64,000 nucleotides of DNA, from the NCBI GenBank assembly GCA_903909375.1, contig CAIVVM010000049.1:16568-80567 (forward strand). Reading direction: 5' to 3'. This DNA comes from an uncultured Alphaproteobacteria bacterium. Its GTDB lineage: Bacteria; Pseudomonadota; Alphaproteobacteria; Caulobacterales; Caulobacteraceae. This document shows positions 1-9,857 of the stretch, piece after piece; within the stretch, counting starts at the first letter, position 1; each line of letters opens with the position of its first letter. The notes beneath the pieces were generated by a model. That model was not told the origin of the DNA. It was given only the letters and a program-made list of their open reading frames with translations, and ran no database searches. The position numbers were made by a program, and so were the translations under genes.

Positions 1-938
1 TCTTCGACGCCAGCTTTGTGGGCCAGGCCCGGACGATCGCAGTTGGCCAACAGGTCAGCTCTACCATCCACGTTTTTGCCGGCGCCAAACAGGAACCGGT
101 TCTCAAGGCCTATCAGGAGAAGCTGGGCGTCGCCCATCTGGACGAGGCGATCGACTGGGGCATGCTCTGGTTCATCACCCGGCCGATCTTCCAGTTCCTG
201 GCCTTCATCTTCCAGCACGTCGGCAATTTCGGCGTGGCCATCCTTTTGCTGACCGTTGTTGTGCGCCTGGTCTTCTTCCCGCTCGCCAACAAACAGTACG
301 AGTCGATGACCAAGATGAAGAAGGTACAGCCGGCGATGGAGGAGCTGCGCAAGACCTTCAAGGACGATCCGGCGCGCCAGCAGCAGGAGCTGATGGAACT
401 CTACAAGCGCGAGAAGGTTAATCCTCTGGCGGGCTGCTTCCCGATCCTCCTTCAGATTCCGGTGTTCTTCGCGCTCTTCAAGGTGCTGCAGATCAGCATC
501 GAAATGCGCCATGCGCCATTCTTCGGCTTCATCAAGGACCTGTCGGCGCCGGATCCGACGACGATCTTCAATCTGTTCGGCCTGATCCCCTGGGATCCGG
601 GCACGGCGCCCATGATCGGCAGCCTTCTGGCCTATGGTACGCCGCCGGGCTTCCTGCACATCGGCATCCTGCCGATTCTCTACGGGATCACCACCTGGCT
701 CACCACCTCGATGAGCCCGCCTGCGCCGGACCCGATGCAGCAGCGGATCTTCCAGCTGATGCCGATCCTGTTCACCTTCATCATGGCCCAGTTCGCCATC
801 GGCCTGCTGGTCTACTACACCTGGTCCAACATCCTGACCGCCATGCAGCAGTATGTGATCATGCGGCGCTTCAAGGTGGACAATCCCATCGACCAGCTGA
901 TCCGGCGGATCACGGGCAAGCCCGCGGAACTGACGTGA
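1..938 (+). CDS. yidC: Membrane protein insertase YidC, C-terminal part (5' end lies outside the window)
   Basis: Motifs [36 protein letters not shown] and QIPVFFAL. The reading frame is open from the window edge, so the ORF-track start at 18 is an internal Met. Confidence 0.95.
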   Translation, partial: FDASFVGQARTIAVGQQVSSTIHVFAGAKQEPVLKAYQEKLGVAHLDEAIDWGMLWFITRPIFQFLAFIFQHVGNFGVAILLLTVVVRLVFFPLANKQYESMTKMKKVQPAMEELRKTFKDDPARQQQELMELYKREKVNPLAGCFPILLQIPVFFALFKVLQISIEMRHAPFFGFIKDLSAPDPTTIFNLFGLIPWDPGTAPMIGSLLAYGTPPGFLHIGILPILYGITTWLTTSMSPPAPDPMQQRIFQLMPILFTFIMAQFAIGLLVYYTWSNILTAMQQYVIMRRFKVDNPIDQLIRRITGKPAELT

Positions 939-1582
939 GCGAACACTCCGTCGCCTTCGATGAAGAGGCGCTGGAGGCGGCGCGGGTGTTTTTCGCGCAT
1001 CCCGTCGCCTTCCTGATGGGCGCCGTCGCCATCGATGGTCTGCCTTCGACAGACTTGCCGGAAGTGGCCTTCGCGGGTCGTTCCAACGTGGGCAAGTCGT
1101 CGCTGATCAATGCGGTGACCGGACGCACCCATCTGGCGCGGGCCTCCACGGCGCCGGGACGCACCCGTGAGATCAACTTTTTCGTCTGCGACGAGACCCT
1201 GCGCCTGGTCGATCTGCCCGGCTACGGCTTCGCCAAGGTCAGCCGCGAAGCCAAGAACAAGTTCCAGAACCTGGGGCGCGCCTATCTGCGCGGCCGCCCT
1301 AACCTCAAGCGCGCCTATCTGCTGATCGACAGTCGTCACGGCCTGAAGGACGTGGATCTGGAGGCTATGGAGGCCTTTGATCTGGCAGCCGTTTCCTACC
1401 AGATCATCCTGACCAAGGCCGACAAGCTCAGCGCCCGCGATGTGGCCCAGGTCACCGCTGAAACCCAGCGCAAGATCGCCAAGCGTCCTGCGGCCTTCCC
1501 GCGGGTGCTGGCGACCTCTTCCGAAAAGGGTGGAGGCATTCCCGAGCTGCGCGCCGAGATCGTGGCGGCCTGCGCCGCTTGA
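935..1582 (+). CDS. yihA: Ribosome biogenesis GTP-binding protein YihA/YsxC (EngB)
   Basis: G1 motif [16 protein letters not shown] and TKADK; overlaps the yidC stop (GTGA). Confidence 0.95.
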   Translation: MSEHSVAFDEEALEAARVFFAHPVAFLMGAVAIDGLPSTDLPEVAFAGRSNVGKSSLINAVTGRTHLARASTAPGRTREINFFVCDETLRLVDLPGYGFAKVSREAKNKFQNLGRAYLRGRPNLKRAYLLIDSRHGLKDVDLEAMEAFDLAAVSYQIILTKADKLSARDVAQVTAETQRKIAKRPAAFPRVLATSSEKGGGIPELRAEIVAACAA

Positions 1583-1700
1583 TGCGGCCACCTCAGGTGT
1601 CGAACTTGTCCTTGCGGCGTTGGCCGAACAGGCGTTCGCCGCAAGGTGCGGATTGATGCAGACCTTGACGCCGCTACCCGCCCCGGAGAGGACGTAGGCC

Positions 1701-2717
1701 ATGACCGACCTCGCCCGTTTCATTCAGGGTCTGCCCAAGGCCGAGTTGCACCTGCACATCGAGGGGAGCCTCGAACCCGAGCTGATGTTCGACCTGGCTC
1801 GGCGCAACCGCATCAGCCTGCCGTTCGCCTCGGTCGAGGCGGTGCGCGCGGCCTATGCCTTCTCAAACCTGCAGGATTTCCTGGACATCTACTACCAGGG
1901 CGCCGGCGTCTTGATGACGGAACAGGACTTCCAGGACCTGGCCATGGCCTATTTCCGACGGGTAGCCGCCGACGGCTGCCGCCACGTCGAACTGTTCTTC
2001 GATCCCCAGACCCACACAGATCGCGGACTGCCGTTCCGGATCGCTATAGACGGGCTGCTGGCCGGTATGGCCGAGGCGGAGCGGACGCTCGGCGTCTCGT
2101 CCAGTCTGATCCTTTGCTTCCTGCGTCACCTGGATGAGGACGCGGCCTTCACGACCCTCAGGGAGGCAGAGCCTTATCTCGACCGCATCCTTGGCGTCGG
2201 CCTGGATTCCTCTGAAGTCGGCCATCCGCCGTCGAAGTTCGCGCGGGTGTTCGGGGCCGCCGGGGAGATGGGCCTGAAGCGGGTCGCCCATGCCGGTGAA
2301 GAAGGCCCGCCAGCCTATGTCCGGGAAGCGCTGGACCTGCTGCACGTGGACCGCATCGACCATGGCAATCGGGCGCTCGAGGATCCGGCGCTGGTGGCGC
2401 GGCTTGTGGCGGAGGGGATGACGCTGACGGTGTGTCCGCTGTCGAACCTCAAGCTCTGCGTCGTTGACGACCTGAAGGCGCACCCGTTGAAGCGAATGCT
2501 GGACCTCGGCCTCAAGGCCACGATCAACTCGGATGATCCGGCCTATTTCGGCGGGTACCTGGGACGGAACTGGACCGAGACAGCCCAGGCGCTTTCATTA
2601 TCGCGCGCCGAACTCGTCACCTTGGCGAAAAACAGCTTCACCGGCTCGTTCCTGCCGCCGGGTACGGTCAGTGACCATCTTGCCGGGATAGACGCTTATC
2701 TGTCTTCGAACTCGTAG
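1701..2717 (+). CDS. add: Adenine deaminase (adenosine deaminase fold)
   Basis: PKAELHLHIEG, FFDPQTH, AHAGEEGPP, RIDHG and NSDDPAYFGG; AYAFSNLQDFLDIYY resembles the Pseudomonas-type adenine deaminases. GGAGAGG RBS upstream. Confidence 0.9.
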   Translation: MTDLARFIQGLPKAELHLHIEGSLEPELMFDLARRNRISLPFASVEAVRAAYAFSNLQDFLDIYYQGAGVLMTEQDFQDLAMAYFRRVAADGCRHVELFFDPQTHTDRGLPFRIAIDGLLAGMAEAERTLGVSSSLILCFLRHLDEDAAFTTLREAEPYLDRILGVGLDSSEVGHPPSKFARVFGAAGEMGLKRVAHAGEEGPPAYVREALDLLHVDRIDHGNRALEDPALVARLVAEGMTLTVCPLSNLKLCVVDDLKAHPLKRMLDLGLKATINSDDPAYFGGYLGRNWTETAQALSLSRAELVTLAKNSFTGSFLPPGTVSDHLAGIDAYLSSNS

Positions 2718-3124
2718 AAGTACAGCACGAAAGGCTCCGCCTCTGACCCGCGCCCCTTGTAGAGCGCGCGTGCGGCCTCATTGTCGACTTCAGTGCCCAC
2801 CCAGGCTTCCTCGCACCCGAGACCGCGGGCCCAGTCCGTCAGATCGTCCAGCAAGCGGGTGGCTATGCCTTCGCGTTTGCGGTCGGGGGTGACGCCGAGA
2901 TTGTCGATGTAGAGTTCGGTGGGCGCGTCCGGGTGTCGATGCACGACACCGCGCGCCTGGCCAATGACCTCTCCGTTGAAAGTCGCAACGACCATAAGGT
3001 GCGAAGGGTCCCGCAGGTAGTGCGCCAGCCGGGCCAGATCGATCCGGTCGTCGAAGACGTCCTCTGCAACCCGATCCAGCAGATCGGCCTGAGCGGGCCC
3101 CACGCGTATGATCTGGACATCCAT
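2696..3124 (-). CDS. GNAT family N-acetyltransferase
   Basis: Acetyl-CoA motif LGVTPDRKREGIAT and NEAARALYKGRG; convergent overlap with add. Confidence 0.85.
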   Translation of the reverse strand: MDVQIIRVGPAQADLLDRVAEDVFDDRIDLARLAHYLRDPSHLMVVATFNGEVIGQARGVVHRHPDAPTELYIDNLGVTPDRKREGIATRLLDDLTDWARGLGCEEAWVGTEVDNEAARALYKGRGSEAEPFVLYFYEFEDR

Positions 3125-3210
3125 GCCGCTGACCTTAGGGTTCTCGTCAACTTTGTGAAGAGCGACGCGTTTGAGGTCTAACCTCGATCTGCAGCGCCAG
3201 GAGGACCCCG

Positions 3211-4422
3211 ATGATCAAACTTGCGACAGCCCTGCTCGCCGCCACGGCCCTGGCGAGCGCCGCCCAAGCCAGAACGATCGCGGTGGGGCCGGGACCCGAT
3301 GCGCAGGAGCGCATCCAGACGGCCCTGCTCGACGCAAAGCCGGGCGACACTGTGCAGTTCGCCGCCGGCCGCTATGAGCTGACGGACGGCCTGTCGCTGG
3401 ACGTGAACAATGTCACGGTCAAGGGCGCCGGCCCCGACGCTACGGTCTTGTCGTTCAAGGGGCAGAAAGGCGCCGGTGAGGGGCTGCTGATCACCTCGGA
3501 TCAGGTGACGGTCCGCGACTTCGCCGTCGAGGACAGTCGCGGCGACGGTATCAAGTCCAAGGGAGCTGACGAGATCAGCTTTCTGAACGTGCGGGTCGAA
3601 TGGACCGGCGGACCCAAGGAGACCAACGGCGCGTATGGCGTCTATCCGGTGGCGTCCACCAATGTGCTGATCGACCGGGTGGTGGTGCGCGGGGCGTCCG
3701 ACGCCGGGATCTATGTGGGCCAGTCGAAGAACATCGTGGTGAAGAACAGCCGGGCCGAGTTCAACGTGGCCGGGATCGAGATCGAGAACTCGATGAACGC
3801 CGATGTGTTCGACAATGTCGCCACCCGCAATACCGGCGGGATTCTGGTGTTCGACCTGCCCAACCTGCCGCAGATGGGCGGGCATTCCACCCGACTTTAC
3901 CGCAACAAGGTGGTGGACAACGACACGCCGAATTTCGCGCCCAAGGGCAATATCGTGGCGAGCGTGCCCACGGGCACCGGCATCATGGTGATGGCCAACC
4001 GCAACGTCCACGTCTTCGACAACGAAATATCGGGCAACCAGAGCACGGCGGTGATGCTGGTCAGCTACACGCGCACCTTCGACGACAAGAGCTACAATCC
4101 CCTGCCGCGCGATATCGTCGTACGGAACAACCGGATCGGGAAGAATGGCTGGGACCCGAAGTTCGACGGCGGCCCGATGATCGCCAAGCTGATGGGCGGC
4201 AGCCTGCCGCCGGTGGTCTGGGACGGCGTGACCACCATCGCGGGTTCGCCGGATGTGGCCCAGGTCCGGATCAGTGACGGTCCGGTGCTGAATCTCAACC
4301 TTCCCGGCCCGGGTCAGATCGAAAAGGCCCGCCCTTCCGTCGCCAAGACGGTCAGCGACGCGCAGATCGCGGAACCTGGCGCGGTGGTCCTGCCGAAGCG
4401 ACAGGCTGACCTCGGCGCATGA
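3211..4422 (+). CDS. Secreted parallel beta-helix domain protein (TIGR03805-like)
   Basis: Signal peptide; repeated beta-helix strands (DGIKSKGAD, NGAYGVYPV, GASDAGIYVGQS, NVAGIEIENS, NTGGILVFDLP). Confidence 0.85.
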   Translation: MIKLATALLAATALASAAQARTIAVGPGPDAQERIQTALLDAKPGDTVQFAAGRYELTDGLSLDVNNVTVKGAGPDATVLSFKGQKGAGEGLLITSDQVTVRDFAVEDSRGDGIKSKGADEISFLNVRVEWTGGPKETNGAYGVYPVASTNVLIDRVVVRGASDAGIYVGQSKNIVVKNSRAEFNVAGIEIENSMNADVFDNVATRNTGGILVFDLPNLPQMGGHSTRLYRNKVVDNDTPNFAPKGNIVASVPTGTGIMVMANRNVHVFDNEISGNQSTAVMLVSYTRTFDDKSYNPLPRDIVVRNNRIGKNGWDPKFDGGPMIAKLMGGSLPPVVWDGVTTIAGSPDVAQVRISDGPVLNLNLPGPGQIEKARPSVAKTVSDAQIAEPGAVVLPKRQADLGA

Positions 4423-5474
4423 AAGCCTGGCTTGCCGGACTGGCTGCGCTGCTGTGCCTTGGCGCCTCGCCGCCGCCGCCCGGTGTTGCACTTGATCTGT
4501 TGCTGGCCGAGACCCCGGCGCCGAAACTGGCGGACTACCGGCTGTTTACCGACGCCGCCGGCCGCAAGATCAACGCCGGCCTGACTCCCTACGCCCTGAA
4601 CACGCCGCTGTTCACAGACTATGCCGAAAAACTGCGGTTCGCCTGGCTGCCGCCGGGAACCCGGGCGCAGTACCGCGGCGACGAGGTCTTTGCGTTTCCG
4701 GTCGGGACCGTTCTGGTGAAGACTTTCGCCTATCCTGCGGACCTTCGAAAGCCAGCCGAAGGCGTCCGCTACATCGAGACCCGCCTGCTGATCCACAAGG
4801 CTTCGGGCTGGGTCGCGCAGACCTACCTCTGGAACCCGGAACAGACCGAAGCGGTGCTCAAGCGGGCCGGAGCGCGGGTCGACGTGGCCTTCGTCGACAA
4901 TCAGGGGCGTGCCCGCTCGGTGGACTACGCGGTTCCCAACCAGAACCAATGCAAGGAATGCCACCAGCTCGATGAGACGATCACGCCGATAGGACCCAAG
5001 GGACGAAACCTCAACGGCGTACTCGACTATTCCGGGGCGCCGGAAAACCAACTGGTCCACTGGACCCGCAAGGGCCTGCTGGCTGGCGCGCCATCGTCCG
5101 GGACGGCGCCGCGCACCGCGCGCTGGGATGATCCTGCCGAGCCCCTGGATCGGCGCGCCCGGGCCTACCTCGATGCCAATTGCGCCCATTGTCACAACCC
5201 TCGCGCGGTGGCCAGCAACTCCGGCCTGTTCCTTGGCGTCGACGAGACCCGGCCCGCAGCGCTGGGGATCGGGAAGGGGCCGGTGGCCGCCGGTCGCGGC
5301 TCTGGAAACCTGCAGGTTAGTATCGAGCCGGGACACGCGGAGGCCTCGATCCTGGCCTATCGGGTGGCGTCGAACGAGCCTGGTGTGATGATGCCCGAAC
5401 TGGGGCGCACCCTGATCCACGACGAGGGCGTCGCCCTGATCCGGGCCTGGATCGACGGAATGAAGCGCCCTTGA
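4419..5474 (+). CDS. SO2930-family dihaem c-type cytochrome (TIGR03806-like)
   Basis: Two CxxCH motifs (CKECH, CAHCH), NTPLFTDYAEK, FPVGTVLVKTF and MMPELGR; ATGA overlap with the beta-helix gene. Confidence 0.85.
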   Translation: MKAWLAGLAALLCLGASPPPPGVALDLLLAETPAPKLADYRLFTDAAGRKINAGLTPYALNTPLFTDYAEKLRFAWLPPGTRAQYRGDEVFAFPVGTVLVKTFAYPADLRKPAEGVRYIETRLLIHKASGWVAQTYLWNPEQTEAVLKRAGARVDVAFVDNQGRARSVDYAVPNQNQCKECHQLDETITPIGPKGRNLNGVLDYSGAPENQLVHWTRKGLLAGAPSSGTAPRTARWDDPAEPLDRRARAYLDANCAHCHNPRAVASNSGLFLGVDETRPAALGIGKGPVAAGRGSGNLQVSIEPGHAEASILAYRVASNEPGVMMPELGRTLIHDEGVALIRAWIDGMKRP

Positions 5475-6274
5475 GCGTTGAGCGACGCACCCTTCTGGCG
5501 CTGGGCGCCGGCCTCGCCGCCGACCGCGCCCTGGCTCAGCCTTCAGCGCGATCTGTTCCGGCCCCACCCGCCGCCGACGCTTCCGCCTGGACCGCCTACG
5601 AGGCGAGGCTCCGCGCCCGCCTCCATGACGCCGGCGGCGGCGCCTTCGATGGGGATGGCGGTCGCCTGACGCTCGATCTCGTCAACCGCGCCCGCGCGGC
5701 GGCCGGCGCCTCGCCCGTGGCGTGGCACGAAGAACTGGACGAGACCGCCCGCGCCCACGCCGGTGACCTGGTTCGGCGCGGCTATGTGGAGCACATCTCG
5801 CCGGAAGGATTTGAACCCAGCCACCGGTTCTGGTTGATCGGTCGCACGACCATCGGATCGCCTTCCGAAAACATCGCCTACCACCGGGGATCGGAGGGCC
5901 GGGCCACACCACAACAGCTGGTGCAGCTCTGGCGTGACAGCCCTGGCCACTGGCGCAACGTGCTGCGCCCATTGCACACCCACGCCGCGTTCGCGCTGGT
6001 GAGGACGCCGGGCAAGGCGTGGCTGGTGGGCCTGTTCGCCCGGCCGCTGGCGACCCTGCCTGAGCCCCTGGCCTTCCGGGCTGTCGGGCCGGAGATCAGT
6101 CGCGCCCTGCGCAGCCTCTCCGCAGACCTGCGCGCGAGCGTCTCGATCCCTCAGGGCAGTCGCCTGGGCGATGTGAATGGCCCGCCTCCTGTGCTTCAGA
6201 TCACAGCGGTTCGCCCTGCCGGCCTGGGCGCCTATGATGTCATCGGCGGGCCGATCTTTCTGGCTGCCGCCTGA
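5471..6274 (+). CDS. CAP (SCP/CRISP) domain protein with a Tat-like signal
   Basis: N-terminal ERRTLL; CAP motifs HAGDLVRRGYVEH, SENIA and WRDSPGHWRNVL; TTG start overlapping the upstream stop. Confidence 0.8.
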   Translation: MSVERRTLLALGAGLAADRALAQPSARSVPAPPAADASAWTAYEARLRARLHDAGGGAFDGDGGRLTLDLVNRARAAAGASPVAWHEELDETARAHAGDLVRRGYVEHISPEGFEPSHRFWLIGRTTIGSPSENIAYHRGSEGRATPQQLVQLWRDSPGHWRNVLRPLHTHAAFALVRTPGKAWLVGLFARPLATLPEPLAFRAVGPEISRALRSLSADLRASVSIPQGSRLGDVNGPPPVLQITAVRPAGLGAYDVIGGPIFLAAA

Positions 6275-6346
6275 CAGTGCCCTGATTTGCCAGACCTAGC
6301 GGAAGCCCGTTAGGTCACGGACGCTTTCCCCTTTCGGAGTCCCGCC

Positions 6347-7435
6347 ATGGCCGACCTCTTCGATCCCATGACCTTCCCGCATGGCCCGGCCATGAAGAAC
6401 CGGTTCATGCTGGCGCCGCTGACCAACTGGCAGAGCCATCCCGATGGACGGCTGTCCGACGATGAGTTCAAGTGGTTGACCATGCGCGCCGAAGGCGGCT
6501 TCGGCCTGACCATGACCTGCGCGGCGCACGTGCAGGCCGTTGGTCAGGGCTTCCCCGGCCAACTGGGCGTGTTCGGTGATCAGCATCTGGAGGGCCTGGG
6601 CCGCCTCGCCGCCGCCATCAAGGCTAAGGGCAGCGTCTCGTCGCTGCAGATGCATCATGCGGGAAATCGATCGCCCAGGGAGCTCGTCGGCCAGCCGGTC
6701 TGCCCGTCGGACGATCCCGAAACCGGCGCGCGCGGCCTGTCGCTGGGTGAGGTCGAGCAACTGATCGAGGACTTTGTCGCTGCCGCTGTCCGTTCGGAAC
6801 AGGCTGGCTTCGAGGGCGTGGAGATCCACGGCGCCCATGGCTACATCATCGCCCAGTTCCTGTCGGCCGAACTCAACCACCGCACCGACCGCTACGGCGG
6901 ATCGGTCGAGAACCGCGCCCGCATCATCCACGAGATCATCGACGGTGTCCGCAGCCGCTGCGGACCCGACTTCCAGCTGGGCCTGCGCCTGTCGCCGGAA
7001 CGCTTCGGCCTGAAGCTGGCCGAGATCCTTCAGATCACCCAGACCATCCTCACCGATGGCCGCATCGATTATCTGGACATGTCGCTCTGGGACGTCGCCA
7101 AGGAGCCCATGGAAGAGGAATTCCAGGGTAGGTCGCTGATGTCGTACTTCACGGCGCTGGATCGTGGACAGGTGCGGCTGGGCGTCGCCGGCAAGGTGAC
7201 CAGCCCGGCGGTGGCGCGCGATATGCTGGCGGGGGGCGCTGATTTCGTCCTGATCGGCCGCGCGGCCATCCTGCACCACGACTTCCCGAAGCTCTCCCAC
7301 GATCCCGCCTTCGAGCCGATCGCCCTGCCGGTCACCCGCGAACACCTGGTCAAGGAAGGCCTCGGCCCGGCGTTTGTGGACTACATGTCCACCTGGAAGG
7401 GGTTTGTGCAGGAGCCGGTAGCGGCCGAGGCTTAA
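6347..7435 (+). CDS. NADH:flavin oxidoreductase (old yellow enzyme family)
   Basis: KNRFMLAPLT, GFEGVEIHGAHGY and NHRTDRYGGSVENR. Confidence 0.9.
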   Translation: MADLFDPMTFPHGPAMKNRFMLAPLTNWQSHPDGRLSDDEFKWLTMRAEGGFGLTMTCAAHVQAVGQGFPGQLGVFGDQHLEGLGRLAAAIKAKGSVSSLQMHHAGNRSPRELVGQPVCPSDDPETGARGLSLGEVEQLIEDFVAAAVRSEQAGFEGVEIHGAHGYIIAQFLSAELNHRTDRYGGSVENRARIIHEIIDGVRSRCGPDFQLGLRLSPERFGLKLAEILQITQTILTDGRIDYLDMSLWDVAKEPMEEEFQGRSLMSYFTALDRGQVRLGVAGKVTSPAVARDMLAGGADFVLIGRAAILHHDFPKLSHDPAFEPIALPVTREHLVKEGLGPAFVDYMSTWKGFVQEPVAAEA

Positions 7436-8694
7436 AGGCCGAGACGTGCCGGCTTAGGCCCACCGGTCGCCCAGTCCAGGAGCTCCACGGGGTGGACCAC
7501 TGGCGCATCCAGCACTGGCGCAAGCTGCGCGATACAGCCGATGTTGCCGGCGGCCACAACGACGGCGCCCGTGCGGTTGATGTTGGCGGCCTTGCGGTCG
7601 CGGAGTTGGGTGGCGAGGTCGGGCTGCAGGATGTTGTAGACGCCGGCTGATCCGCAGCAGAGGTGGCCTTCCGCGACCATCCGCACCTCGAACCCGGCCG
7701 CTCCCAGCAGCGCCGGAGGGCCGGTCTTGATCTGCTGGCCATGTTGAAGCGAGCAGGCGGCATGATAGGCCACGATGAGCCCGGAACTCGCCGTGACCGG
7801 CGGCAACCCCACCTCGCCGATGAACTCCAGGATGTCTTTGGCCGGTACAGCCTCGCCGACCAGCTGCTGGTAGGACTTCAGCATTGTCCCGCAGCCGGCC
7901 GCCGTGGTGATGATGGCGTCGATCGTCCCGGCGCGCGCCCAGGCGGCGAGATTGGCGTTCGCCATCAACTTCGCTTCGGCCGCGCGGCCAAGGTGTTCGG
8001 AGAGCGCGCCGCAGCAGCCTTCACCCTTGGCCAGCACGACGTCAAAACCTGCCCGGTTGAGCAATCGGATCGCCGCTTCGCGGATCTCCGGCGCCATCAC
8101 CGGTTCGACGCAGCCCTGCAACAGGATCACGCGACCTTTCACCGGCTGGGCCGCTCCTGTCGGCGCGGCGCCGTGCCCTGGCGCAGTGACGCCGGCCCGT
8201 GATTTCGGGACCAAACCGAGCATGGCTGCCAAGGGTTTCAGTCCCAGACGCCTCAAGAGGGGCTCAAGCGGCCGAGCGATCCGCCCAAGGCCAAGCGCAA
8301 TCCGCAACCTTCCAGGCCGCGTCATCACGCCCGCCAGGACGGCGCGCAGTATCCGGTCGGGCAAGGGCCGTACATGGTGGGTTTCGATGTGAATCCGGGC
8401 GTGGTCGATCAGTTGCGCATAATCGACGCCGGAGGGGCAGGTGGTCGTGCAGGCCAGACACGACAGGCAGCGGTCCACGTGGGTGACGGTGCTGGCCGGC
8501 GGCGGCCCGCCATCCTCCAGCATCGCCTTGATCAGTTCGATCCGCCCGCGCGGACTGTCGCGCTCATCGCCCAGCAGCACATAGGTGGGGCAGGTCGCTG
8601 TGCAAAACCCGCAGTGGACGCACTTGCGGATCGCCGCCGCCGAGGCTGCCGTTTCGGGATCGGCCAGCTGTTCCGGTGTGAACGAGGTTCTCAT
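7432..8694 (-). CDS. glcF: Glycolate oxidase iron-sulfur subunit GlcF
   Basis: CVHCGFCTATCPT, CLSCLACTTTCPSGV and two CCG motifs. Confidence 0.93.
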   Translation of the reverse strand: MRTSFTPEQLADPETAASAAAIRKCVHCGFCTATCPTYVLLGDERDSPRGRIELIKAMLEDGGPPPASTVTHVDRCLSCLACTTTCPSGVDYAQLIDHARIHIETHHVRPLPDRILRAVLAGVMTRPGRLRIALGLGRIARPLEPLLRRLGLKPLAAMLGLVPKSRAGVTAPGHGAAPTGAAQPVKGRVILLQGCVEPVMAPEIREAAIRLLNRAGFDVVLAKGEGCCGALSEHLGRAAEAKLMANANLAAWARAGTIDAIITTAAGCGTMLKSYQQLVGEAVPAKDILEFIGEVGLPPVTASSGLIVAYHAACSLQHGQQIKTGPPALLGAAGFEVRMVAEGHLCCGSAGVYNILQPDLATQLRDRKAANINRTGAVVVAAGNIGCIAQLAPVLDAPVVHPVELLDWATGGPKPARLGL

Positions 8695-9857
8695 CCGCGC
8701 CCCTCCATGCGGCCGGGGTTGAGTACGCCCAGGGGATCAAAGGCGGCTTTGACCCGTGCCTGTAGCGCCCCCAGCGCCCCACTTCTCGCCGTGAACGCCT
8801 CGCCGCCCTGCAGGCAAAGGGCATGGCCGCCCAGGTTCGCGACAACGGCGCGGATGCGGTCAGGCAGCGCCTCAGTCCGTAGCCAGACCTGTCCGCCGGC
8901 CCAGTCATAGAGCGCATCGCCCGCAAGCTGCTCTGGCCCGCGCCATCCCGACGCCGGGGGCAGGGACAGTCGCCAGAGCGGCCGTGGATCGTCTGCCAGA
9001 GCTTCCACCTCGCGCACCTGCTTCCAGAACGGGCGACTGTGGCCGGCGTCCAGTGTCTCGATCCGACCGAAGGGCCTGAGCGCCGCCGCAAGCGCCTCGG
9101 CCCGCGCCGTGACCGACGCCTCGAAGCCCTCAAGCCGCACCGCTGTCACCGCCATCTCGGCCTTCATGGGGCTGGCCTTGGCCGCGAAGGGCGGAAGATG
9201 GGCCGCGCCGGACACTTCAAAGGGGCCGTTCATCGCCACGCCCATGGCTTCCAGGGCCCTGGTGTCGTTCAGGCCAAACAGCATCAGGGTGGTTTCGGCG
9301 CGTGGCGCGGGGAGCACCTTGATGGTGACTTCGGTCAACACCGCCAGCGTGCCCCAGGACCCGGCCATCAGCTTCATCAGGTCATAGCCGGTGACATTCT
9401 TCACGACCTTGCCGCCGGCCTTGAACATCTCTCCCCGACCGGAGACGGCTTCGAACCCCAGGAAGTGATCCCGCGCGGCGCCCGCGCGGACCCGCCGGGG
9501 TCCCGAGACGTTGGCCGCGAGGACCCCACCGAGGGTCGGTTGCCCCGTTGCGCCCAGCAGCCGGGTCCAGTGCGGCGGCTCAAAAGCCAGCATCTGACCC
9601 TGTTCGGCCACCCGCGCCTCCAGATCCGCCAGCCGCACGCCGGGCTGCGCGGTCAGCACCAACTCGTCCGGGGCATAGTCTATGATGCGGTCAAGACGCG
9701 CCGCCGACAGGACCAGATCCGTCCGTTCCACGCTGCCGACGCTCCGCTTCGTGCCGCCGCCGACGATCTCGATGCGACGTCCCTTCGCGCCGGCCTCTGC
9801 GACGGCGTCGAGCACCTCTTCGGGCGTCGCGGGTTCCAGGGTGGGGGCGTTGGACAT
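8691..9857 (-). CDS. glcE: Glycolate oxidase FAD subunit GlcE
   Basis: GGGTKR, GKVVKNVTGYDLMKL and FDPLGVLNPGR; lies between glcD and glcF. Confidence 0.93.
   Translation of the reverse strand: MSNAPTLEPATPEEVLDAVAEAGAKGRRIEIVGGGTKRSVGSVERTDLVLSAARLDRIIDYAPDELVLTAQPGVRLADLEARVAEQGQMLAFEPPHWTRLLGATGQPTLGGVLAANVSGPRRVRAGAARDHFLGFEAVSGRGEMFKAGGKVVKNVTGYDLMKLMAGSWGTLAVLTEVTIKVLPAPRAETTLMLFGLNDTRALEAMGVAMNGPFEVSGAAHLPPFAAKASPMKAEMAVTAVRLEGFEASVTARAEALAAALRPFGRIETLDAGHSRPFWKQVREVEALADDPRPLWRLSLPPASGWRGPEQLAGDALYDWAGGQVWLRTEALPDRIRAVVANLGGHALCLQGGEAFTARSGALGALQARVKAAFDPLGVLNPGRMEGRG

Noticed and set aside
1583-1700. Purine or xanthine (NMT1) riboswitch upstream of add
   Set aside because: The conserved cores of these motifs are not visible; only a plain inverted repeat is present (reported separately).
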